A stretch of 64,000 nucleotides of DNA from a virus. Lineage: Duplodnaviria > Caudoviricetes. The first letter of the stretch is position 1, and every line of letters begins with the position of its first letter. The stretch lies in IMG/VR virus record IMGVR_UViG_3300027286_000002; one strand, 5' to 3'. Positions 56,752 to 64,000 of this stretch are shown piece by piece. Position numbers and translations under genes: made by a program. A model generated the notes under the pieces. The model had not been told where the DNA came from. It saw nothing but the letters and a program-made list of their open reading frames with translations, and made no database searches.

Positions 56752-59700
56752 ATGGCAATTCCAAAGATGCAAATGACAATGGATCAGCTGAAAGATCTAA
56801 CCAAAAAAATTTCTGATACCGATAAAAGTCTTTTAGGTGTGATGAATACTATTGTGCATCAAGCAGAACTTGTGAAAAAAGCATCTGCTAATTTTAATGA
56901 TACTCTTGCTAAAGTGAATAGTAGAACTTTAGGTGATTATGAAGCTCAAAAGAAAAAACTAAAAGAAATCAATAAAATCAATAAGGATTTCCAAAAATCC
57001 GAAATGGAAATTTTAAATAATATCAAAAACCTTCAAGCAGTAGGATCTAAAGAATCAAGAAAACAAATCATTGAACAAAGACTTGAATTAAAGAATTTAC
57101 AAAAAGAACATGAAAAAATGTTTAATACTCAAAGGAGAGCATATGAAGAAATTGCCAAACAGAATTTAAAGATCATTAAAGACTTTGAAGATGGTATTGA
57201 AGAAATTAATCAAAATTTAGATAGTGCTTTTAAAGATGGAAATCTTTTCAAACAAATTTCTTCAATAGGTAGCGAATTACAAGAAGTTATAGAAACTGCT
57301 ATGGATGGTGGTATTGCAGGAATGGAAAAAATCCTATCATCTTCTTTAGGTGGCATCACTAAAGTCTTTCAAATAAGAGCATTAAAACTAGCTGAACAAG
57401 GTAAAAAAGATTTAGCTAGAATTACTGAATTAAAAAAAAGAGGTGCTAAATCAGGTGGTTCATCCGATGATGATAAAGAACTTACTACATTAGAATCAAG
57501 TAGAGTTAGTTCTGAAAAAGATGCTACAGGTATGTTAGCTATGAGTAAAGGTATGCAGATGCTTTCTGTAGGTGTAATGGGTGTTGTCACTGCCTTTAAA
57601 ATGATGATTGATGCTGAATCTAAAGTTAAAGAATTTAATAAAGATATGTTGAACGATGCAGGTGGTTCTTTATCTTTTCTTAAACATAGTCAAGAAGGTT
57701 TAGCTAGTAGTTTAAATACCTATCGTGAAGGTTTTGCTAAAATGGCAAACACTGTAGGTATGAAAGCTGATGAGATCAAATCTCAATTTATTGCTCTACA
57801 AGACACTACTTTCTTCAATAAAGAAACACTTAAAGATTTTGATGGTTTTGAAAGAGCATTTAAAACACTATCTACTTATTCTAAAGGTCTTGGTCTTTCT
57901 ATTTCTGAAACAACAGAAATTGCTGAATCTTTTGTTGATAGTATGGCTATCGATACATCTACACAAGATGGTATGGAAACTTTATCTTCTGCTTTTCAAA
58001 GTATTGGTTTCTTTGCAAGCAAATCTAATATCTCTACCAAAGCATTTACCAACCAGCTTAAAGAGGCTAATGCTAAATCTACTAGCTTTAATAAGTCTAT
58101 TGTTCAAACTGCATCTGTTATGTTTAAAGTTAATAAAGCATTAGGTGCAAATCGAGCAAAAGACTTCTTTGAAGGATTTGAGGATCAAAAAGAAAAAGAA
58201 TATGCAGATCTTATTAAAAACCTTGCAATGGCTGGAGGTCCCGCAAGCGAAACGATGCAAAAAATTATGCGACAAAATGCTATTACAAGTGCAGGTGGTC
58301 TTCAAAAAGCAATTAGCAGTGATGAAGAAAAAAAAGCATTTGAAAAAGCATCTAAAGAATCAGGTTTAAATCTCGATCTCACTAAAAGTAATGAAGAAAT
58401 TATGACACAATTACAAGGTGTTGATCTAACAAGCGATGCTTTTGTTAAATTCATAAGTACTTTAGAAGATTCAGGTATTGGTAATGCCTCTGCTTTAATT
58501 GAAAAAGTACAAGCAGGTGTTAGATCTGCTCAAGGTGTTGGTAAAGATAAAGGATTTGAAGAACAATCATTAGCTTTAAGAGAACTTTCTATGGGTGGTC
58601 AATATGCAATGAAATTTGCTGAAGCAAAAGCTATTATTGAAACAGGTGCAGGTAAAGGTAAAACAATTAGTCAATTAGATGAAAAAGTTTTAGAAACAGT
58701 TAAAACTGCTCTCAAAGGTCAAGGCAAAACTGAAAAAGAAATCAATACTTTAATTTCTTTAGATCAAAGAGCAAGAGGTGATTTTAGCAAAGCACAAGAA
58801 ATCCAAGCTAAATATGCAAGTGCTAGTGCTGAGGACAAACAAAAAATGGATGAAGATTTAGCTAAAATGGGTTTAATGATGAATGCTCAAGGTGAACTTG
58901 TTACTAAAAATACACAGCAACTCGTTAAATCTACTGAAGATATGTATGTCGCAACAGGTGAAATTTTTAGTGAGGAACAAAAAGCAAGAGAACCTAAAGT
59001 TAAATCTGAACAGGATCTTATGAAAGATCAAATAGATGCTACTTGGGGTATGGGTGATCGTCTTGAAGCTACCTTCGGTGTTTATCTTGAACAGCTTAAT
59101 ACTTATGTTGCTAAAATCTTATCTTATATTTCATCTTGGTTTGGCACTCAAACAAATCAAGAAATGAAAACTCAACAAAGACTACAAGAAGAAAAAATTG
59201 ACCAACAAAAGCGATACGATAAACAAATTAAAGAAGAAACAGATAAAATCGCTCAACTTAAAAAGACAGGTGGCAGTGCAGATGAAGTTGCGAAAAGTGA
59301 AAAAAGAATTGCTGAACTTTCTAAACTTAAAGAATCTAGTCAAAGCGAACTAGAACTTCTACAAAAAGGTGCTACTTTATTAGGAAATAAAAAACAACAA
59401 GAACTCCAACTTGCTACTACTAAAAGAGATGTTGCTAGTAAAGCATTTGGTGCTGGCACAGCAGGTGCTAAATTAGGTGCTTTAAAAGAAAGTTTAGGCA
59501 AATCTACAGATCAAGAAGTTTTAGATTTATTAGATGAAATGAGAGATATTTATGAAAACAAAGATGATGAAGATGCTACTGAAGAAGAATTAAAAAAACT
59601 TGCTGACTTTGAAGAAAAAGTTAAAGCATCAGGTCTACAATTACAACTCGATTCTACTTTAGGTACTGAATATGCTAAAATCTTTGATGATCAAGGTAGA

Positions 59701-60522
59701 GCTTTATTTGAATCTATTGAAGGTTATATGAGTGATACAAATAAAGTGAACACGGATGTTTTACATAAAGAACTTCTTAGTTCACAAAATAATCAAAAAG
59801 AAATTTCAGGTTTCTTTGAAGAAATTGGTGCTAAAACTCAAGAGGATGCTCTAAAAATATTAGAGTCTTATCGTAGTGATATTTTAGAGCAAGAAAATGA
59901 TCCTTACTTTAATAAACTTACTAAAGAACAGGAAGAACAAAAAAAGAAAATTGAAGATGCTATGAAAAAGCATGGCATCCAAACTAATTTTGAATCCGAT
60001 TATCTAACTTCAAATTTATCCTTATCTAAAGGCGATGAAAAGTTTCTTCGAACAAGTCATGGTGAAGGTCAATATGTATCAGACACAATGAAAGATGTTT
60101 TTAATCCAGCTTTATTTGCTAAAGCACAAACAGAAGAAAATAAAAAAAATAGAAAAGAAACTGTCGATACTACTGCTGAAGGTATTCAACAAGGTTTAGA
60201 AAAACACGAACTTAGTAAAACTCAATTTGATGCAAGTGGCAATCCTATACCTGCTCTACCTATGCAGGATTTTATTTGGCGAGAAAAAGGTGGTCTACAA
60301 TCATTCTCACCTCAAGATAATGTCATTGGTTTTAAAGATCAAGGTAAAATGGGTTCTGCTATCAATTCTATGATGGCAGGCAATACTACTAATAATAACA
60401 ATAATGCTCGTGCTATGTTTAATATCAATATCAATGGTGGTAATAAAGATGAAGTTCTTAAAACTATTACTGATGCTCTTAAAAGAGCAGGTGTTGTTAC
60501 TGAACGAACTTCTTATGCTTAA
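56752..60522 (+). CDS. Tape measure protein
   Basis: 1256 aa, helical K/E/A/S-rich, short hydrophobic segment (LSVGVMGVVTAF) and a typical C-terminus (NNNNARAMFNININGG). Confidence 0.8.
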   Translation: MAIPKMQMTMDQLKDLTKKISDTDKSLLGVMNTIVHQAELVKKASANFNDTLAKVNSRTLGDYEAQKKKLKEINKINKDFQKSEMEILNNIKNLQAVGSKESRKQIIEQRLELKNLQKEHEKMFNTQRRAYEEIAKQNLKIIKDFEDGIEEINQNLDSAFKDGNLFKQISSIGSELQEVIETAMDGGIAGMEKILSSSLGGITKVFQIRALKLAEQGKKDLARITELKKRGAKSGGSSDDDKELTTLESSRVSSEKDATGMLAMSKGMQMLSVGVMGVVTAFKMMIDAESKVKEFNKDMLNDAGGSLSFLKHSQEGLASSLNTYREGFAKMANTVGMKADEIKSQFIALQDTTFFNKETLKDFDGFERAFKTLSTYSKGLGLSISETTEIAESFVDSMAIDTSTQDGMETLSSAFQSIGFFASKSNISTKAFTNQLKEANAKSTSFNKSIVQTASVMFKVNKALGANRAKDFFEGFEDQKEKEYADLIKNLAMAGGPASETMQKIMRQNAITSAGGLQKAISSDEEKKAFEKASKESGLNLDLTKSNEEIMTQLQGVDLTSDAFVKFISTLEDSGIGNASALIEKVQAGVRSAQGVGKDKGFEEQSLALRELSMGGQYAMKFAEAKAIIETGAGKGKTISQLDEKVLETVKTALKGQGKTEKEINTLISLDQRARGDFSKAQEIQAKYASASAEDKQKMDEDLAKMGLMMNAQGELVTKNTQQLVKSTEDMYVATGEIFSEEQKAREPKVKSEQDLMKDQIDATWGMGDRLEATFGVYLEQLNTYVAKILSYISSWFGTQTNQEMKTQQRLQEEKIDQQKRYDKQIKEETDKIAQLKKTGGSADEVAKSEKRIAELSKLKESSQSELELLQKGATLLGNKKQQELQLATTKRDVASKAFGAGTAGAKLGALKESLGKSTDQEVLDLLDEMRDIYENKDDEDATEEELKKLADFEEKVKASGLQLQLDSTLGTEYAKIFDDQGRALFESIEGYMSDTNKVNTDVLHKELLSSQNNQKEISGFFEEIGAKTQEDALKILESYRSDILEQENDPYFNKLTKEQEEQKKKIEDAMKKHGIQTNFESDYLTSNLSLSKGDEKFLRTSHGEGQYVSDTMKDVFNPALFAKAQTEENKKNRKETVDTTAEGIQQGLEKHELSKTQFDASGNPIPALPMQDFIWREKGGLQSFSPQDNVIGFKDQGKMGSAINSMMAGNTTNNNNNARAMFNININGGNKDEVLKTITDALKRAGVVTERTSYA

Positions 60523-60544
60523 TAGAAAGAAAGGATATGTTTAA

Positions 60545-61141
60545 ATGCCTAGCTTAAATGATCTTAATAATGGATCAGGTGTTAGACCTGTCATTTTTGA
60601 TATTGTTGCTCCTGATGGATACACTTCTCTCTTAAATGATGGTCAATCTGATCTTAGACTTGTTCTTCAAGTCAATCCATCCAATCTTAAATTCTCTTAC
60701 ACTAAAAAAATCACTCGTACTCAAACCTTTGGTGGATTTATTGAAACTCATTGGGGCGATGAACCTATCACCACTAATATCGAAACTGCTACAGGTGGTT
60801 TTATCCGTGTAGGTACAGGTACATCTGCTATCACAGGTGCTGTTCCTAGTGTAGGTGGTTCTAATTTAGATACAGGTACTCGAATGGATACTCTTGCCTA
60901 TGATAAATATTTAGATTTCCTTGCTCTATTCCATAACAATGGTGCTTTATATGATGCCTTTGGCAATATTGTTGTGCATGGTAGAATTAAAATGTCTTTT
61001 AATGGTGGTACATGGTTTGGTTGGTTTCAAACCTTTACTGTTACTGATAGTATTGAAACTCCATATAGCTTTGCTTTAAGTGCAGGCTTTCAAATCGAAA
61101 GAGAAGTACATGAAATCCGAACTCAAATGGGAGGTTTTTAA
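60545..61141 (+). CDS. Tail tube initiator/baseplate hub-like protein
   Basis: LQVNPSNLKFSYTKKITRTQTFGGFIETHWG; paralogous to the next gene; follows the tape measure gene. Confidence 0.55.
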   Translation: MPSLNDLNNGSGVRPVIFDIVAPDGYTSLLNDGQSDLRLVLQVNPSNLKFSYTKKITRTQTFGGFIETHWGDEPITTNIETATGGFIRVGTGTSAITGAVPSVGGSNLDTGTRMDTLAYDKYLDFLALFHNNGALYDAFGNIVVHGRIKMSFNGGTWFGWFQTFTVTDSIETPYSFALSAGFQIEREVHEIRTQMGGF

Positions 61142-61144
61142 AAT

Positions 61145-62212
61145 ATGAAACCTACTCTTGATATTAGTCAATTTTCCCAATTGGCAACAGGTGAACTCTT
61201 TCAAATGTATAGCAATGAAGTATCTAATGGTGGTTATCCTGTAGATACTGCTGATCCTGTTGCTCGTTCTTATTCACCTTTTGTTATGTATATCGAACCA
61301 CCTGCTATTATCTTTCCTAAAACAATAAGAAAACAAAGTGAAATCTCTTCTACTAAAATCCCACCTTTTGCATCACCTTTAAGAAATAGAGCATATCTAG
61401 CTACTAATGTTAATAGTCTTAATGGTGCATCTATTTCTTCTAATGCTAAAAATCCTATTTACTCTTTTAATAGTCAAGTTACTGAAAATAATACTTCTCA
61501 AGCTGGTCTTTCAGATCGTTTAATGGCTTTAGATATTGTAGATCAATTTAAACAATTAAGAGATTTGCCACCACTCGTCTTTCTTTCTAATCCACAATCA
61601 CTAGGCTTAACCTTTACTAAAGTCCAACAATATTCCGAACGAACTAGATTTGGTTATGTTTTTCAAGCATGGGGTGAAGATTTACCTGATCTCGATATTC
61701 AATGCAAATCAGGTGCTTTTATTGCCTATGGTGATCCAAGTAAAACTGCCACAGGTTTGCAATTCGCATCTATGAGAGATAGTGCCAGCTTTAGACAAAT
61801 ACTTGCTATCCTTGCCATGTATCGTAATGGTGCTACCATCCGTGATCGTGTTGGTAGATCTGAAATGATACATGAAGTTGGTCGCTTTGTTATTGAATAT
61901 GATGGTACTAGATATAAAGGCAGTCTTGAATCCTTTGACTATGGTTATGATGAAGCACAAATGCTTGGTGGTATGGATTTTAACTTTAAAATGAAAGTTC
62001 ATGAAATGACTTATTTTGAGCCTACTAAAGCACAAAATACTGCCACACCTAAAACAAATCTTGATGCTGATAAAATAGAACTTACTCAAAACGATATTAT
62101 TGAGGATAACCAAACTACTAAACCTGTTGGATCAGGTGTTTTACTTCCTACAGAGCAAAGCCAACAAACTCAAGTCAATGCTTTGTTTACTTCATCCCAA
62201 CAAGGACAATAA
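61145..62212 (+). CDS. Tail tube initiator/baseplate hub-like protein
   Basis: FLSNPQSLGLTFTKVQQYSERTRFGYVFQAWG parallels 60545..61141. Confidence 0.55.
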   Translation: MKPTLDISQFSQLATGELFQMYSNEVSNGGYPVDTADPVARSYSPFVMYIEPPAIIFPKTIRKQSEISSTKIPPFASPLRNRAYLATNVNSLNGASISSNAKNPIYSFNSQVTENNTSQAGLSDRLMALDIVDQFKQLRDLPPLVFLSNPQSLGLTFTKVQQYSERTRFGYVFQAWGEDLPDLDIQCKSGAFIAYGDPSKTATGLQFASMRDSASFRQILAILAMYRNGATIRDRVGRSEMIHEVGRFVIEYDGTRYKGSLESFDYGYDEAQMLGGMDFNFKMKVHEMTYFEPTKAQNTATPKTNLDADKIELTQNDIIEDNQTTKPVGSGVLLPTEQSQQTQVNALFTSSQQGQ

Positions 62213-62213
62213 C

Positions 62214-64000
62214 ATGAGTACTACTACTAAAGGCACTAGCTTTGTTAATACTTCAAGAATTGAAAATAGACCTTATGCAGGATCATGGAAACCTAATTTT
62301 AGAAAAGTACATACATGGTCACCCGATGCTCTTGTCTATATTAATGGTGATACTGCTTTAATAGGCTGTCAAGAATGTAAAAATAAAATAGATTTCCAAC
62401 CTTTTATTACATCTGTTAATGTTGAAGCAGGTAATACATCTTCATCATCATCATCTTCTATTAATTTTTCTATACCTAAACATCATGGTGATAGCATCTT
62501 TAAAGATGGTACTTTTATTTTATGTGTAGGCTTAGAGATCAATGTCTATTATCGTGGTTTTTTTAATGTCCAGAATTTAGTTGAATCAGAAATCATTGAT
62601 TATGGTGATGAAGAATATGATTTAGCTGATCTACAAATGAAACCTTATTATCCTGTCTTTCATGGTGTTGTTACAAGTGTAAATTACACATATAGTGGTG
62701 GCTTTTATTCAGGCAGTTTATCGTGTAATGGTTTATTACATTTTTGGCAATATCAACATATCATCACACAATCAGCATCACTTGAATCTGTACCTAATGC
62801 TCAAATGCAACCTACAGGTCATGTGTTCACAGGCTGGACACCACATCAAATTATTAAATATCTATTTAAAGATCGTGGTGGGGCTCAAAAAAATGATTTA
62901 GGTTATGTAATCAATGGTGTTAGTAATTTATCTTCTCAAGGTGGTGATGAACTTTGGCAACAAGCATTACAATATTGGGAAACTAGATTTTCTCAAGGTC
63001 TTTATAATTTAAGAATGTATGGTGCATCAGGCAATCTTCTTACTAATGGTGCAGATGCTTATATAGATCAGCTTATTGTTAATAGTGGTTCTTTAAGTCC
63101 TAGATCTCAAAATGGTTTACCTACAATGAACTCTCAACAAAGAGTAGATAACACTCTTGATCCTAGAGTTCTTAGACAATATGATTTAATTGAAGTACCT
63201 TTGACAGGTACAGACACAGAACAAATACAACCTTTTACTTTAGATGTTGGCAGTGTTGGTCAATTTGATTCTTATCAATCTACTTATGAAACTAAATTAG
63301 GTATTGCAGATACTGTCGTTGAAAAAACAAATTGGGAATTTTTTCAAGATGTAGATGGTGATCTTGTTTTTAAACCACCTATGTTTAATCTTAATGTTAA
63401 AGGTAATCGTGTCTATACTATTAAACCTGAAGATATTGTAGATTTAGGTTTTACTCAAAAAGAACCTAATGCTACCTATGTTGTCTGTAAAGGTAGTATG
63501 TTTGGCAATATGACAGGTCTTGTAGATAACCAACAAATTGCACCTCAAGCACAATATGTAGATTATCGTTTAGTTGCTAAATTTGGATGGCGAGAAAATC
63601 AATTTGATGCCACTCATATTAAAGATCCTAAATCTGCTTTCTATATGGCATCTGCTAAACTTGATCTTCTTAATAAAGATGTTGAAGGCTGTACACTCAC
63701 TATTCCTTTAAGACCTGAATTAAAAGCAGGTTATCCTATCTATATTGAACATATAGATTGCTTTTATTATGTAGAAGCTGTTAGTCATTCTTTTTCTTTT
63801 GGTGGTGATTGCACTACTTCTTTAACTCTTGTTTGCAGAAGAAAGAAATTTATCCTGCCCGGCAGTTCTAACACTTCTTATGCACAAGACAGTAGTAAAG
63901 CTGTCGATCTAGCTAATATCTCTCAGCCTAATAAATATCTCAATTCTTTAGACACGGAAGGCAATGTTCGTGTCTGTGGTTTTCCTAATGTAGTTATGGC
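62214..64000 (+). CDS. Baseplate hub (gp27/late control D-like) protein, runs off the window end (absent from the ORF track)
   Basis: Manual translation from ATG 62214 (MSTTTKGTSF...) appears open to the end; contains EFFQDVDGDLVFKPP and LTIPLRPELKAGYPIYI...YYVEAVSHSF...TTSLTL. Confidence 0.7.
   Translation, partial: MSTTTKGTSFVNTSRIENRPYAGSWKPNFRKVHTWSPDALVYINGDTALIGCQECKNKIDFQPFITSVNVEAGNTSSSSSSSINFSIPKHHGDSIFKDGTFILCVGLEINVYYRGFFNVQNLVESEIIDYGDEEYDLADLQMKPYYPVFHGVVTSVNYTYSGGFYSGSLSCNGLLHFWQYQHIITQSASLESVPNAQMQPTGHVFTGWTPHQIIKYLFKDRGGAQKNDLGYVINGVSNLSSQGGDELWQQALQYWETRFSQGLYNLRMYGASGNLLTNGADAYIDQLIVNSGSLSPRSQNGLPTMNSQQRVDNTLDPRVLRQYDLIEVPLTGTDTEQIQPFTLDVGSVGQFDSYQSTYETKLGIADTVVEKTNWEFFQDVDGDLVFKPPMFNLNVKGNRVYTIKPEDIVDLGFTQKEPNATYVVCKGSMFGNMTGLVDNQQIAPQAQYVDYRLVAKFGWRENQFDATHIKDPKSAFYMASAKLDLLNKDVEGCTLTIPLRPELKAGYPIYIEHIDCFYYVEAVSHSFSFGGDCTTSLTLVCRRKKFILPGSSNTSYAQDSSKAVDLANISQPNKYLNSLDTEGNVRVCGFPNVVM

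Noticed and set aside
1344-62901. Many 60-135 aa ORFs in the track overlapping long genes (e.g. 9933..10307, 28473..28760, 44722..45129, 57770..58144, 62695..62901)
   Set aside because: They are antisense or off-frame shadows of well-supported genes, with no SD and typical shadow composition.
1-64000. Alternative genetic code (stop-codon reassignment), as seen in some large phages
   Set aside because: Genes are long and tile densely in the standard code, and TAA, TAG and TGA all end genes at sensible boundaries.
1-64000. CRISPR array, tRNA, rRNA or large ncRNA
   Set aside because: Intergenic gaps are mostly under 150 nt; I saw no regularly spaced direct repeats and no T-loop/cloverleaf signatures.
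1-64000. Extracellular contractile injection system or prophage in a bacterial chromosome
   Set aside because: Replication genes, neck genes and phage-style small early genes are interleaved with the tail genes, and there are no housekeeping operons or integrase in the window.
1-64000. Avoidance of GATC, AGCT, GGWCC, CTGCAG or CCGG
   Set aside because: All of these occur in the window (GATC and AGCT abundantly), so the depletion is motif-specific rather than a general loss of palindromes. Possible depletion of some 6-mers (GAATTC, AAGCTT, GGTACC) could not be confirmed by eye.

Overview
This window is part of a large, AT-rich (roughly 30% GC by eye) contractile-tailed phage genome, probably a jumbo myovirus, read in the standard genetic code. 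Structural modules: tail sheath start and neck/terminator genes (minus strand, 1-6.9 kb); baseplate wedge and tail fibre genes (plus, 8.8-27.8 kb); tail tube, two chaperones, tape measure and hub genes (plus, 54.2-64 kb). These are interleaved with a bacterial-type replication set (NAD-dependent ligase, beta-clamp, DnaB-like helicase, degenerate loader, a primase split into Zn-finger and Toprim genes, an SNF2 helicase), auxiliary genes (SspB-like, SAM decarboxylase-like, T5orf172/GIY-YIG, transglycosylase-like) and small early-type genes. Notable signals: (1) apparent purge of RCGY, GCWGC/GCNGC, CCWGG and GGCC sites, strong enough to nearly remove Ala-Ala and force rare codons at Pro-Gly and Trp-Pro; (2) a 7-copy non-canonical promoter-like motif ahead of small genes; (3) perfect hairpins that bury the Shine-Dalgarno sequence of putative late genes; (4) orphan proteins sharing a basic (K/R)LAS...KxA leader, including three tandem paralogs and a 1948-aa SNF2+GNAT-like fusion, possibly a head-packaged, injected payload. 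All assignments come from motif reading by eye; no searches or counts were run.
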